Source: Candidatus Saccharimonadales bacterium
GTDB lineage: Bacteria; Patescibacteriota; Saccharimonadia; UBA4664; SCTI01
Length of the DNA stretch: 64,000 nt
Assembly (NCBI GenBank): GCA_035479795.1
Contig: DATIII010000001.1
Span: 7,087-71,086, forward strand
Reading direction: 5' to 3'
In this document: piece by piece, positions 1-10,552 of the stretch
Position numbering within the stretch: the stretch's first letter is position 1
How the letters are laid out: every line of letters begins with the position of its first letter
The notes under the pieces: generated by a model
Database searches by the model: none
Told to the model about the DNA's origin: nothing
Seen by the model: the letters and a program-made list of their open reading frames with translations, nothing else
Translations under genes and position numbers: made by a program

Positions 1-144
1 CTGAACCCAAGCCTGCTCAATTGGAGCCGATCCATAGGTCACCAATCCTGGCTTGGATCCGCTGCGCTTCAGTTGGACCAAGCGCACTGCGCTGGAACCA
101 ATATCTACGCCAAAATATTCCACCTCGCTACCAAACATACCCAT
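1..144 (-). CDS. pilM: Type IV pilus assembly protein PilM, N-terminus (runs off window)
   Basis: Manual translation MGMFGSEVEYFGVDIGSSAVRLVQLK...; the GxDIGSSAVRLVQL actin-like phosphate-1 motif is typical of PilM. Confidence 0.8.
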   Translation of the reverse strand, partial: MGMFGSEVEYFGVDIGSSAVRLVQLKRSGSKPGLVTYGSAPIEQAWVQ

Positions 145-184
145 TTGGTTTATTGTAGCAATACTGCTTACGCTTGCAAAGGCT

Positions 185-3100
185 TTAGTATCTTGGCAAC
201 GGCTCGATTAAGTATTTAGAAATTAAATAGGAGTTAACCAAGCTATTGAACCCGGGCGGCGTGGCGGTAAACAGCAGATTATTAAATGTCACTTTCTCGG
301 ACTGGCCGGACGCACTCGGCACAATCCGGTTAAAGCGGAAGGTATTGGCAAACAATGAGCCGTTCACAAATAGCTTATTGTTACACTGATCAACCGGTAA
401 TGTTCCGGGAGCGGTGCTGCCGTCTGCTCGCTGGTAGGATACAGTTGAGCCGTTGATATCGCTTGTACAGGTATTTAGAACCTTGGATGCCACGAAGAAA
501 CCATCAAGATTCTGGACATTTCTATCAATGTAGATATTTCCGTTCACGATCACACCGAAGGATGGATGGTTAGTCTCTTTGCTGACGCCATTAGTAGTGG
601 CGTGCTGGGCAGGACCGTATCGAACATTTGATTTGATATACAAATTGCCATTTATAAACAGTGTCCATCGCTTATTTATTTGCACATCGCCGCCACTACC
701 TAGCGTGTAGTTGGCATTACTCGTGACTACCTGACCTTCATTCACACCACCATCAATGCTGCCGCTCGCCCCGAGGACCGAGACGGCTGGACCGCTGGCT
801 CCAAGTCGCTGGGCCTCAGCGCACAGGTCGGGTCGATAAATTACACCAACCGACCCGGGCGTTGCCAAGTTTCGAGACCCGGTCCCCACGTATCCGCTCG
901 AGGTTACAAAGTAATCACCAATCGAAGTACCGCCGCCAATCACCGGAGTGCCAGAATTGGTATTGGTCCCAGAGTTAGAGCACAGACTCCCTCCGGTACC
1001 TCCGGCGTGGACATTTCCGCTGGCCGTATCCAGGTAAGGTGAATCTTTTTGGAAGCTGCGGAAGGTTAAGGTATTGGTTTGGCTGCACTGCCTGCCATGG
1101 CCTGGCTCCCAATATTTGATGATGCAGAATTGAGCGTAGTTGGAAGAGGTCTGGCCGGTTGGATTTGACTTTGATGAGTTAAATTGTACATCGAGAGAGA
1201 TGGCATTAATGTCGGATCCACCCGTGCCTGCCATGTGCGATTGAGTAGCGGCGTTTCCAAAATTGCCCCAACTGATATTACGGTTAGCTGGATTATAGGT
1301 GTAGTCGTGCCAATTCGAGCTAACTGGATCAATGGCTTGATCTATACCGATGGAATCTGTCTGATCTAGAAGCACATAATCAACCGGGCCCAGGGAGGTG
1401 TCCCGCGCCGCTTGCATCGTCATGGTGGCATGGTTGTAGTTACTATTGGCAGCATAACCGTAGTGATCTTTTTGCGCCGCGCCACCATCACAAGGACTCA
1501 TGGTGCTGGAAAAATCAGTATCTTCAAATGGGCCATTAGTGGCCTTGCTGACACAAGTTATCGCACCCGGGATGGGGTTATAGTTGATGTTTGAAGTATT
1601 TCCAAACCTACGTGGCGCTAAAGCCGGAGCCGGCCATTGGTTCGATGTACTCTGCGTGGTGCTAGCGCCAGCAAAGTTAGCTACTCCTTGATACCCACCA
1701 CTAAAGTCCTCACAGCCGGTGAGAATACCAGTGCTGCCATAGTCATCACTTCCGGCACAATAGCGAGTGTCCCCACTGTTTACTCCTGCCACATACCCTG
1801 GGTAAACGCCTACTTTGTCAGCCGCTTTGACTTTGCCATAAAAGCTCAGAGTTATCTTGGAGTAGGCGGGCATGGTGCCTAAATAGATATAAATACTGCG
1901 GGGCTGAGAACTACCGCTGGCCGCTGTGTACCCGCACCGAAACCATGATGGGGCTGGATTTTGCGGCGCAAAAAGCATGCCGTAGCCAAAATAGTTGAAG
2001 GTGCCGGCACAGGGCCCATTCACATTATTAACGCTGCCAGAGCTCCCAGTATCAGGCCCAATAACCCACCCCCCACCAGGGTCGCCATTACCTGTGTCGC
2101 GGGTAAGATTGGCTTGTCCATCTATGACCACCGTTGAAGGATCGAGATTAAGCGGGAAGAAGTTCTCAATAGACACTCCATTTTGGTTTGCGTCATACGG
2201 GTTTGAGGTCGTAAGGGTGTAATGAATCGTATCACCCGGTTTCAAAGGAGCGGTCGTGTCAGGAGTCACCGTTACATTGGGGTGGTTTGGATTTGGATCA
2301 TAAGTGAAGTCATTACTGATACTACAGTCATTTTCACAGGTCTTGCTGCGGTCTGTGTCTCCCGTTCGATAGAAAAGCAACGTGTGATTGTCCGGTGTAT
2401 CCGCTGGACTTGGCGGGTTTGGCATTAAAATTGTACTGTCGACCGATATAGTGACATTACGACCAGCCACAGTGTGAAAAGTATAATGGCCATTACTGTC
2501 CGTATTAACTGATGATTCGTCGCAGCGAGGGCAGCTTACTTTCAGGCCCTCAATACCCCGTCCAGTCGACGAAGTGTAACTGCGATGCACATTGCCAGAA
2601 ATAGTAACTCCACCAACCTTTATACAGACTTTGTTGCCTGACCTTGTTTTCAGGTGAGTAAATGCAGGTGCTGAATTGTTCGCAGACTGTCCATTTACTG
2701 CACTTCCATCAGACACCTGCGCCATAAAGCACATCCTACCTTTGTTTTTTGTATCGGGATTTACTTTAAAATCTGTGGAATATGTATAGGTATTGCCGGC
2801 CGTGGATCCGGCACTATGCCAGACCTTTGAAACTCCACTGTAGGCGCATGTACTTACATAAGCATTCGCTGGTGGTTGAGTACCTGGACTCGTTACCGAC
2901 CATGTGTATTGCCCTGGCGCAGGAAGTCCTCCAAGTCCATTAAGGTAGTTTGTTGGAGGCTGTACATAAAAGCTTGGGCAGTTGTTATCTTTCTCTACTG
3001 GATCGCTATTTGAATAGCCGTCTGATGGACAAGTGTCATGACTTGGCGCACTGGAATAAGGGGTGCCTGAAGAATTAGAGAACTTTCCGTTTTGACCACA

Positions 3101-3517
3101 GTTAGTCGGCGTATCAGTCGGGTAGTTATCTGCTCCCCCGTCTGTAGGCCAGGTGTTGGCGTTTGCAACTTCCCCATTTATCCAGGCAACTACGCTACTA
3201 CCATTGTGGTCAGGCTTATACTGCATTGTAAGACGAATCGTATCGCCAACAGAGACGGTATTAGCATCTCCACTAGAATCACTTCGTCGCACAGGCAACG
3301 CATCTTGGTGACTTGACCCTGACCCAGAAATGTTCTGCCCTGTGATCGTCACATTGCCGTCATAACGGAGAGGCTCACTATCCGGCCCTGTTGGACAGAA
3401 AAAGTCACTGGCATAACAAGTTCCGGCTGCTTTAGCTACAATCGGAGCAATTACAAAATAAGAGCCGATACAAGAAAAAATAATGACTGCCAACCAGGCA
3501 AACCACCTAGACTTCAT
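185..3517 (-). CDS. Large (~1110 aa) secreted/surface protein, Cys/Ser/Thr/Gly-rich, with a DUF11-like segment and C-terminal beta-rich domain; pilus-locus associated
   Basis: Likely start MKSRWFAWLAVII (signal peptide/TM) just after a TATGCT -10; 'LKPGDTIHYTLTTSN' DUF11-like motif; directly upstream of pilM. Confidence 0.7.
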   Translation of the reverse strand: MKSRWFAWLAVIIFSCIGSYFVIAPIVAKAAGTCYASDFFCPTGPDSEPLRYDGNVTITGQNISGSGSSHQDALPVRRSDSSGDANTVSVGDTIRLTMQYKPDHNGSSVVAWINGEVANANTWPTDGGADNYPTDTPTNCGQNGKFSNSSGTPYSSAPSHDTCPSDGYSNSDPVEKDNNCPSFYVQPPTNYLNGLGGLPAPGQYTWSVTSPGTQPPANAYVSTCAYSGVSKVWHSAGSTAGNTYTYSTDFKVNPDTKNKGRMCFMAQVSDGSAVNGQSANNSAPAFTHLKTRSGNKVCIKVGGVTISGNVHRSYTSSTGRGIEGLKVSCPRCDESSVNTDSNGHYTFHTVAGRNVTISVDSTILMPNPPSPADTPDNHTLLFYRTGDTDRSKTCENDCSISNDFTYDPNPNHPNVTVTPDTTAPLKPGDTIHYTLTTSNPYDANQNGVSIENFFPLNLDPSTVVIDGQANLTRDTGNGDPGGGWVIGPDTGSSGSVNNVNGPCAGTFNYFGYGMLFAPQNPAPSWFRCGYTAASGSSQPRSIYIYLGTMPAYSKITLSFYGKVKAADKVGVYPGYVAGVNSGDTRYCAGSDDYGSTGILTGCEDFSGGYQGVANFAGASTTQSTSNQWPAPALAPRRFGNTSNINYNPIPGAITCVSKATNGPFEDTDFSSTMSPCDGGAAQKDHYGYAANSNYNHATMTMQAARDTSLGPVDYVLLDQTDSIGIDQAIDPVSSNWHDYTYNPANRNISWGNFGNAATQSHMAGTGGSDINAISLDVQFNSSKSNPTGQTSSNYAQFCIIKYWEPGHGRQCSQTNTLTFRSFQKDSPYLDTASGNVHAGGTGGSLCSNSGTNTNSGTPVIGGGTSIGDYFVTSSGYVGTGSRNLATPGSVGVIYRPDLCAEAQRLGASGPAVSVLGASGSIDGGVNEGQVVTSNANYTLGSGGDVQINKRWTLFINGNLYIKSNVRYGPAQHATTNGVSKETNHPSFGVIVNGNIYIDRNVQNLDGFFVASKVLNTCTSDINGSTVSYQRADGSTAPGTLPVDQCNNKLFVNGSLFANTFRFNRIVPSASGQSEKVTFNNLLFTATPPGFNSLVNSYLISKYLIEPLPRY

Positions 3518-3566
3518 ATGAATAGCATAACTGCTTTGGCCATCTTTTTGCAAACAAACACACTTC

Positions 3567-3591
3567 GGGCCCGGACTGGAGGTCCGGGCCC
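3567..3591 (-). terminator. GC-rich hairpin after orphan gene
   Basis: GGGCCCGGAC-ctcca-GTCCGGGCCC, weak U tract. Confidence 0.55.
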
Positions 3592-3599
3592 TGTGATGC

Positions 3600-4130
3600 T
3601 TAGCGGTGCCGCTTCCGTTGGCCGACAGCCGTGACGTAGTACAGCAAGTCGGAGTTGCCAAAGCTGCTGCGCAAACGCTTGGTCCGATAAACCCCGCGCT
3701 TGCCGGTGTAGTGGAAGCGATAGCTCCTAACGAAGCGCTGGCCATTGATACTCCACACCAGAAGTTTGCTCGCCTGCCAGCGCGCCATACCGGAGTCGAG
3801 CGGCTTGCTCACGTAGGCGCTATGGCAAATGCTCACACCCTTGGCAAGAGTGATCTGCCCGTACCAGCTCCCTCTGGGAAGCTCGCTGCCGTTCTTTGAG
3901 CTGTAGTAAGTCGTGTTGGCCACGATCTCGGTATGGACCTTGCTCTGCCGGCCGAACCCCGTGAAGTGCGAGGTGTAGCTGTAGTACGGACTCGAGCAGC
4001 TCGAGCCGACCTTGGCCGACTTCGTTGCGGGGTTGGCGGGGCGGGAGTACCCAGCTGTGGGGCCGATGACGAAGATGGAGGCCGTCAGCATGGCGGCCAG
4101 CACAATCACCCAACGCAGAATCCGCTGCAT
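3600..4130 (-). CDS. Orphan secreted basic protein (~176 aa)
   Basis: Signal peptide MQRILRWVIVLAAMLTAS; extended SD AGGAGGTGATCC; own promoter TTTACA-N17-TATAAT; GC-rich hairpin downstream. Confidence 0.7.
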   Translation of the reverse strand: MQRILRWVIVLAAMLTASIFVIGPTAGYSRPANPATKSAKVGSSCSSPYYSYTSHFTGFGRQSKVHTEIVANTTYYSSKNGSELPRGSWYGQITLAKGVSICHSAYVSKPLDSGMARWQASKLLVWSINGQRFVRSYRFHYTGKRGVYRTKRLRSSFGNSDLLYYVTAVGQRKRHR

Positions 4131-4351
4131 GCGGATCACCTCCTGTTGTGTTCCGGCAGCCGCCAGGCGCCGGGTTGGTGCTGATGCGGATGGCTTTGCT
4201 AAGCCACTCGCTTCTAAGGCAAATTATACCCTATTTTTACAGAATTGTAAATACAATTTTAACCAACTCATGCGCTGCATTTTTGGAATTTTTTATAATG
4301 TCGGACTGCCTGGCGGCAAAGATCCGACCTAAATGCTATAATTTCCAGGTT

Positions 4352-5410
4352 ATGAAAATTGGAATTGTGGGGCTGCCGAACGTGGGTAAATCCACGCTTT
4401 TTAATGCCCTAACCAAGAACAATGTGCTGGCGGCCAACTACCCCTTTGCGACCATTGAGCCGAATGTGGGAATTGTTCCTGTACCCGATCCGCGACTGGA
4501 AAAGCTGGCGGCGCTATATGATGCCAAAAAGATTATCCCGGCCACGGTCACGTTTGTGGATATTGCCGGCCTGGTGCGCGGGGCCAGTGAAGGCCAAGGC
4601 CTGGGTAACCAATTCCTGGCCAATATCCGCGAGTGTAATGCCATTGTGCAAGTAGTGCGCGACTTTAAAGACGGCGATGTAACTCACGTGGAGGGCAAAA
4701 TCGATCCGCTCGATGATATTCAGACAATTAATACTGAGCTCATTCTGGCCGACATCCAAAGCATTGATAACCGCCTGAATAAAATCCGCAAAGATGCCAG
4801 CCAAAAGACCTTGGCTGCCGAACTAGAGAAGGCCCGGGCAGTGCTGGACAATGGCCAATTGCTGGGCAGTGTGTCCGGTCTTGATACCGAAATACTTCGT
4901 GAATTGCAGCTACTTACGCTTAAGCCATTTCTATTCGTTTTCAACCTTGATGAGCCGGATCTTAGCAATAAGGCCAAGCAGGCCGATTTAGCCAAGCTCG
5001 TCTCCCCCGCCCCCTGCGTCTTTCTATGCGCTAAAGTTGAGGCCGAGTTGATGGAACTGCCAAATGACGAAGCCGCCGAACTGCTAAAAGAGCTCGGCCA
5101 AGAAGAATCGGGCCTCGATCAACTGGCCGCCGCCGCCCAAAAAGCTTTGAGGCTACAAAGCTACCTAACGGCCGGCCCCAAGGAGGTTCGGGCCTGGACT
5201 GTGCCAATCGGCGCCACTGCCCCGCAGGCCGCTGGAGTCATCCATACCGATTTCGAAAAAGGCTTTATCCGCGCCGAAGTGGTTAGTTACGCCGACCTGA
5301 TTGCCGCGGGATCACTTACGAGCGCCCGCGCCGCTGGCAAGGCTCGGTTGGAAGGCAAAGATTACGTGATGAAGCCTGACGACGTAGTCGAATTTCGCTT
5401 TAACGTTTAG
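4352..5410 (+). CDS. ychF: Redox-regulated ATPase YchF
   Basis: [33 protein letters not shown] motifs; start MKIGIVG just after TATAAT. Confidence 0.95.
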   Translation: MKIGIVGLPNVGKSTLFNALTKNNVLAANYPFATIEPNVGIVPVPDPRLEKLAALYDAKKIIPATVTFVDIAGLVRGASEGQGLGNQFLANIRECNAIVQVVRDFKDGDVTHVEGKIDPLDDIQTINTELILADIQSIDNRLNKIRKDASQKTLAAELEKARAVLDNGQLLGSVSGLDTEILRELQLLTLKPFLFVFNLDEPDLSNKAKQADLAKLVSPAPCVFLCAKVEAELMELPNDEAAELLKELGQEESGLDQLAAAAQKALRLQSYLTAGPKEVRAWTVPIGATAPQAAGVIHTDFEKGFIRAEVVSYADLIAAGSLTSARAAGKARLEGKDYVMKPDDVVEFRFNV

Positions 5411-6116
5411 ACTTTAGTAAATAGAACCGCTCCAGATTACCCTGGGTGCCGGCCACGCCCGAGTCAGCAGAATTGATAATGGAAAAGTCAGGCTTAATTG
5501 CCGCCTCCAACTTGTCGAGGATTTCCTTGCGCACTGTTGGATCGGAAATAACACCTTTAAATCTATCGGCCGTCGGCTTGTCAGCCTCGAACTGTGGCTT
5601 AGCCATAGCAATAATCGGACCATCCACCAACTCGGCCACCCCCGGCAAAATCTTGGTGAGAGAAATAAAGGATACATCAATAACAGCCACATCCGACTTT
5701 TCCGACAACTCGGCCTCGCGGATGTCGGTCTGCTCCATTACCACCACCCGCTCGTCCTGCCGCAGCTTGTAGGCCAGCTGCGCAGTACCGACATCCACGG
5801 CGTAAACTTTGGCCGCACCGTGCTGCAGCGCGAAATCCGTAAAGCCGCCGGTGGATGAGCCGACATCCAAGACGGTTTTGCCAGCGAAATCCAATCCAAA
5901 CTTTTCGGCCACTGAGGCAAGTTTGTCGCCACCACGGGAGACGTACTTCGGCGAATCGATCACCGTTAATTCAATATCCGGGTCGACCTGCAGGCCTGCT
6001 TTGTCTAAAACCTTAGAGCCCGAACGAACCTTGCCGGCCATTATCATCCCTTGAGCAGCAGTCCGGCTCGAGGCCAAACCTCGTTCCGCGACTAGCTGGT
6101 CCAACCGCACCTTCAT
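5400..6116 (-). CDS. tlyA: TlyA-family rRNA 2'-O-methyltransferase
   Basis: S4 domain RLDQL, YVSRGGDKL, DVGSSTGGFTD, DVSFISL, KPQFE. Confidence 0.93.
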   Translation of the reverse strand: MKVRLDQLVAERGLASSRTAAQGMIMAGKVRSGSKVLDKAGLQVDPDIELTVIDSPKYVSRGGDKLASVAEKFGLDFAGKTVLDVGSSTGGFTDFALQHGAAKVYAVDVGTAQLAYKLRQDERVVVMEQTDIREAELSEKSDVAVIDVSFISLTKILPGVAELVDGPIIAMAKPQFEADKPTADRFKGVISDPTVRKEILDKLEAAIKPDFSIINSADSGVAGTQGNLERFYLLKSKR

Positions 6117-6676
6117 TATTTCTTGCGTTCGAGGTATTTGCCGTCGCGGGTGTCGACCTTAATCACGTCATCCTCATTTACAAACAGCGGAACCATAACC
6201 TCGAGGCCGGTTTCCATAACGGCCGGCTTCAATGCAGCCGTCGCGGTGTCACCCTTGGCACCGGGTTCGGCATGAGAAACTTTTAAATATACATTGTTGC
6301 CATAATCAAGCCCCATTGGTTTGCCATCAAAGCTCATGACAATAGCCTTAGATCCTTCGGTCAAATACTTCTCAGCCTCACCAGCTAACCCTTTATCAAT
6401 CGCTGTCTGCTCGTAGGTTTCGCTGTTCATAAAGTGCAGTGCATCGCCATCGGTATACAAAAACTGCATGGTTTCCTTGGTGACATCCGCGGCCGGAATC
6501 TTGTCGGACGACCGGAAGGACTTGTCGTAAACCGCGCCAGTCTTGAGGTTTTTGAGCTTAGTACGCATAACCGCACCGCCTCGACCCATCGCAATATGCG
6601 AGGATTCAATTACCTGATGAGGCGCGCCGTCAATTTGAATCAGCACACCCTTCTTTAAATCAGTATGTCCGTACAA
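6116..6676 (-). CDS. efp: Elongation factor P
   Basis: DLKKG..., GDTAT, KPAVMETG, VPLFVNEDDVIKVDTRDGKY; TTG start with AGGAG SD. Confidence 0.93.
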   Translation of the reverse strand: MYGHTDLKKGVLIQIDGAPHQVIESSHIAMGRGGAVMRTKLKNLKTGAVYDKSFRSSDKIPAADVTKETMQFLYTDGDALHFMNSETYEQTAIDKGLAGEAEKYLTEGSKAIVMSFDGKPMGLDYGNNVYLKVSHAEPGAKGDTATAALKPAVMETGLEVMVPLFVNEDDVIKVDTRDGKYLERKK

Positions 6677-6685
6677 GATATTCTC

Positions 6686-6904
6686 CTACCGGACAACAAA
6701 CGGTAATAGAGCTAAGTGACGCGAGCGCTTCAGGGCCACGGCCACACGGCGCTGGTGCTTCAGGCAGGTACCGGTGCGCTTGCGATTTTCGATCTTGCCG
6801 TAGCTTGAAAGATAGCGCTGCAGGAGCTTAACGTCTTTATAGTCGACATCATCAACCCTTTCGGCACAGAATCGACAGACTTTTTTACTGTAAAAATTTG
6901 CCAT
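6686..6904 (-). CDS. rpsR: 30S ribosomal protein S18
   Basis: [23 protein letters not shown]. Confidence 0.95.
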   Translation of the reverse strand: MANFYSKKVCRFCAERVDDVDYKDVKLLQRYLSSYGKIENRKRTGTCLKHQRRVAVALKRSRHLALLPFVVR

Positions 6905-7362
6905 TAGAATGGAATCTCATCTAGGTTAACTGGTTCGTCGTCCTTGAGGTCTTCAATCACGACGTCCTTTGATTTGTTTTCAGCTGGGGCTGACTGCGAA
7001 GGGCTAAAGTCACCACCACCGCTTGCCTCGCCCGGGCGATCCAAGAAGTTGATGTCATTGGCCACAATCTCGGTTCGCTGGCGCTTGACGCCATCCTTTT
7101 CCCAGCTTTGGGTCTGCAGTCGACCGACCACCATGACTTTGCGGCCCTTGGACAGATACTGGCTGGCCAGTTCGCCCAACTTGCCCCAGGCCACGATCTC
7201 GTGATATTCCACTGCTTCCTTACGCTCACCGCTGGCGTCTACCCAGCTGCGGTTGGTGGCAACGGCAAATGAGGCTACCGGCTGGCCACCTGGAGTGGTT
7301 CGCAGTTCCGGGTCTCGAGTTAGGTTGCCCATGACTATTGCTTGGTTAAAACTTTTGGCCAT
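6904..7362 (-). CDS. ssb: Single-stranded DNA-binding protein
   Basis: [11 protein letters not shown]-terminal DEIPF. Confidence 0.96.
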   Translation of the reverse strand: MAKSFNQAIVMGNLTRDPELRTTPGGQPVASFAVATNRSWVDASGERKEAVEYHEIVAWGKLGELASQYLSKGRKVMVVGRLQTQSWEKDGVKRQRTEIVANDINFLDRPGEASGGGDFSPSQSAPAENKSKDVVIEDLKDDEPVNLDEIPF

Positions 7363-7721
7363 TATTTATCCTCCTCATTGGAATCGACCGCCACCGCGGC
7401 AGGCTTAGCTTTTCCGGCCTTCTCAGGCTTTTGTTTAATATCAACTTTATTAACCATCAAAAAGCGCATTACCTCTTCCGTAATCAAAAGAGCCGCTTCT
7501 AGCTGACGCACCTTTGCCGGCTCCATGTCGACCTCAAAATAAACATAGACCGCAAAGTTTTGCTTGCTTATAGGATAAGCTAGGCGCTTTTTGCCCCAAT
7601 TATCCTTTTTGGTTAATTTTCCGCCGGCATTCCCTACCAGCTTTTCGATTTTGGCAATCGGCGTATCAACGTCGATTTCCAGATCGGGGTGCAGCAGCAC
7701 CACTAACTCATAATTCTTCAC
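7362..7721 (-). CDS. rpsF: 30S ribosomal protein S6
   Basis: YELVVLLHPD, WGKKRLAYPI; rpsF-ssb-rpsR operon. Confidence 0.95.
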   Translation of the reverse strand: MKNYELVVLLHPDLEIDVDTPIAKIEKLVGNAGGKLTKKDNWGKKRLAYPISKQNFAVYVYFEVDMEPAKVRQLEAALLITEEVMRFLMVNKVDIKQKPEKAGKAKPAAVAVDSNEEDK

Positions 7722-7879
7722 ACATTTCCTTTCTATGGGTCCTTACGGAGCCGTCCACTTAACGCAGAGGGCAAAAAGGTTATTGCTAACTGGGCCTGAG
7801 TTTAACAGATTCAACAGATGTGGTCAACCTGCCCAGCCTCCCCCTAAATTCTGAACCCTGAATCCTGTATTCTAGTAGC

Positions 7880-8410
7880 ATGTATGTGCTCGCGACTCAG
7901 CTAAAAGGCCTGCCAGTTCTCAGCCTGCAAACCGGCCAGCCAATTGCTTCCGTAGATCGACCGATCATGCAGGGGTCCGACCTGGAAATCATGGCGCTGC
8001 ACTGCCGCATGGGTCGGCTGCGCAATCAAGAGGGTGTGATATTAATGCGCGACATTCGCCAGGTAGCCGCCGATTGCATTATCATCGACTCCTTTGACGA
8101 AATCGAGGATGTTAACGAGATTGTTCGGCTGAAAGAAATTGCCGAAAAAAACTTCGACCCGATTGGCAAGATGGTGGTCAGTGAGTCGGGCCAGAAACTG
8201 GGCAAAGTTGAGGACTACACAATCAATTTGAAGACCTTTTTACTGCAAAAGCTGTATGTTCATCAGTCGGTTATGAAGAGCATATTATTTAACAACTTGG
8301 TGGTGGACCGCACCCAGATAATTGAAATCAGCCCTAGGCAATTTGTGGTTCGCGACGCCACCGTCAAACAGCCCTCCCTGGCACCGGTCGTGCCAAAATC
8401 CACAAGCTAA
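7880..8410 (+). CDS. PRC-barrel domain protein
   Basis: Two PRC-like repeats (GLPVLSLQTGQ; IGKMVVSESGQKLGKVEDY). Confidence 0.75.
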   Translation: MYVLATQLKGLPVLSLQTGQPIASVDRPIMQGSDLEIMALHCRMGRLRNQEGVILMRDIRQVAADCIIIDSFDEIEDVNEIVRLKEIAEKNFDPIGKMVVSESGQKLGKVEDYTINLKTFLLQKLYVHQSVMKSILFNNLVVDRTQIIEISPRQFVVRDATVKQPSLAPVVPKSTS

Positions 8411-8530
8411 GCATTGCCGTTTCAAAATGCTTGCGCTACGATTAGGTTAGCTTTAAGAAAGTGTGAGTGTGACAATTCTATTGCTATGGTTGGCAGCCTT
8501 TGCTCTCGCTTACCGAGTGCTGGCCTCCGA

Positions 8531-9136
8531 CTAATCCGAAAACCGCCGCAAGGCGGTTTTTATATCCCCGTAGCTAAAGCCCTTGCCGGCCAAATAAGCC
8601 ATTAGCTTACGCTCATCATCATATTTATTAAGTAAATTCCGCGTATTAACTAGCTGCGTGATGGTCTCAACCTCGTCTGCCAAACTTGTCATCGATTGTT
8701 CTATCGCTTCCCTATCTACGCCCTTTTTTATCAGCTCAGCCTGCAGCTGACGACGACTCCGGAGCTGATAGGTTTGTCGATCCTGAGACCAATTTGTCGC
8801 AAACTGGGCGTCATTTATCAGCCCCTCATTCTCCAGCTGCTTGATAACCTGCTCAGCTGTTTCTGGTTCATACTTTTTACGGCGCAGGTAATCCTCAATC
8901 TCACGACGACTCCGGGCTCGGTAGGATAGAAAGTTATAAGCCTTTTCGATAGCCTTACCGGCATCCGAACGCCTTTGCCAAAGAATCATATCCTCGTCCG
9001 AGACCTCAGTCCCCACTCTCAGCCCGCTGCCGGTAATCTCCAGCTCGCTTAATGAGAAGTTAAACTTCCCGTCAACAAATATGCTGTAGCGATGCTGCCT
9101 TTTAACTTGCTGGGCAATTTTGGTGACTTTAGGCAT
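8531..9136 (-). CDS. recX: Regulatory protein RecX
   Basis: LSYRARSRREI, GLINDAQFA, YLAGKGFSY; downstream of recA. Confidence 0.9.
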   Translation of the reverse strand: MPKVTKIAQQVKRQHRYSIFVDGKFNFSLSELEITGSGLRVGTEVSDEDMILWQRRSDAGKAIEKAYNFLSYRARSRREIEDYLRRKKYEPETAEQVIKQLENEGLINDAQFATNWSQDRQTYQLRSRRQLQAELIKKGVDREAIEQSMTSLADEVETITQLVNTRNLLNKYDDERKLMAYLAGKGFSYGDIKTALRRFSD

Positions 9137-9512
9137 CAATATAAGATGCTAACTTTTGAACCGAGACAGCGCCCATATCGAGAGTACCGGCACTCAAAGC
9201 TTTGAAGGCATCTTCCGCTGGCTCTTCGGAGAAAATTATTGGCAAGCCTAACGCGGCTGCAAAGCCAACTTCAACAGCAACGCTTAGGCCCACATAGCCA
9301 CCCGTTGCCACTACATATACGACATCGGATTGCTTAAGATTTTTTAAAAATCGATGAGTCAGTTCTGCTTTTTTATCAGCGCTAACCGTCACCATAGTTT
9401 CATCGTGGACGAAGCTGGGAGTAAAAACCCTTGCGCCATCGGCAATAAGCTTTTCATTAACTTGCTTGGCAGCCTCGTAAAACTTACTACTTGAAGCAAT
9501 TGCGACAATCAT
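9129..9512 (-). CDS. Nucleoside 2-deoxyribosyltransferase-like protein
   Basis: SDVVYVV..GYVGLSVAVEVGFAAALGLPI pattern. Confidence 0.55.
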   Translation of the reverse strand: MIVAIASSSKFYEAAKQVNEKLIADGARVFTPSFVHDETMVTVSADKKAELTHRFLKNLKQSDVVYVVATGGYVGLSVAVEVGFAAALGLPIIFSEEPAEDAFKALSAGTLDMGAVSVQKLASYIDA

Positions 9513-9517
9513 CTGTT

Positions 9518-10552
9518 TTAAACGGCGACTTTGCGAACAGCGGTATCGAGTTCCTTCAAAACCTTGGGGTTTTCTTCCAAATACGCCTTGGCGGCTTCCC
9601 GACCCTGACCAATCTTCTCGCCCTTGTAGGCGTACCAGGCACCGCTCTTTTCCACCAACTCATGCTTCACGGCCAGATCAAGTACGTCACCCTCGGTCGA
9701 AATACCCTTGTTGTACATGACATCAAATTCGGCAATCCGAAATGGAGGCGCAATCTTGTTCTTCACCACTTTAACTTTGACCCGGTTACCCATCACCTTA
9801 TCACCGTCCTTAATCTGCTCACTGCGGCGAATGTCCAGGCGCACCGATGAATAATACTTCAGCGCGTTACCACCAGCCGTTACTTCTGGATTACCAAACA
9901 TCACGCCGATCTTCATCCTCAACTGATTGATAAAGATTACGGTGGTGTTCGACTTAGAAATCACACCGGTCAGCTTACGCAGGGCCTGACTCATCAGTCG
10001 AGCCTGCAAGCCCATCTGGGCATCGCCCATATTGCCTTCGATCTCAGCCCGCGGCACCAGGGCTGCTACGGAGTCGACAACAACTAAGTCGACTGCGTTG
10101 GAGCGGACGAGCGTCTCGGTAATCTCCAGTGCCTGCTCACCCGTATCTGGCTGGGAAACCAACAAATCGGCCAATTTAACACCGATCTTAGCGGCATATT
10201 CGGGATCTAAGGCGTGCTCGGCATCCACAAAGGCGGCCAGGCCGCCGCGCTTCTGCACCTCGGCCACAGCATGCAGGGCCAAAGTGGTCTTACCACTCGA
10301 TTCTGGACCATAAATCTCCACGATCCGCCCCTGAGGGATTCCCCCGCCCAAAGCCAAATCCAAACTGAGGCTGCCAGTCGGAATCGTTTTAACATCAATC
10401 TTGTGGGCCTCGCCCAACTTCATAATGGCGCCACTGCCGAACTGCTTTTCGATTTGGCTGACAGCTAGATCTACAGCTCGCCGGCGCGATTCGCGCTCGT
10501 TATTTGATACCTCATCCACTTTGGTTGGTTTCTCTTTAACTGCTTGAGTCAT
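9518..10552 (-). CDS. recA: Recombinase A
   Basis: [30 protein letters not shown]. Confidence 0.99.
   Translation of the reverse strand: MTQAVKEKPTKVDEVSNNERESRRRAVDLAVSQIEKQFGSGAIMKLGEAHKIDVKTIPTGSLSLDLALGGGIPQGRIVEIYGPESSGKTTLALHAVAEVQKRGGLAAFVDAEHALDPEYAAKIGVKLADLLVSQPDTGEQALEITETLVRSNAVDLVVVDSVAALVPRAEIEGNMGDAQMGLQARLMSQALRKLTGVISKSNTTVIFINQLRMKIGVMFGNPEVTAGGNALKYYSSVRLDIRRSEQIKDGDKVMGNRVKVKVVKNKIAPPFRIAEFDVMYNKGISTEGDVLDLAVKHELVEKSGAWYAYKGEKIGQGREAAKAYLEENPKVLKELDTAVRKVAV

Noticed and set aside
4145-4215. c-di-GMP-I riboswitch (GCAAAGCC...GGCTGCCG)
   Set aside because: No P2 GNRA arm; GGCTT/AAGCC is a plain hairpin
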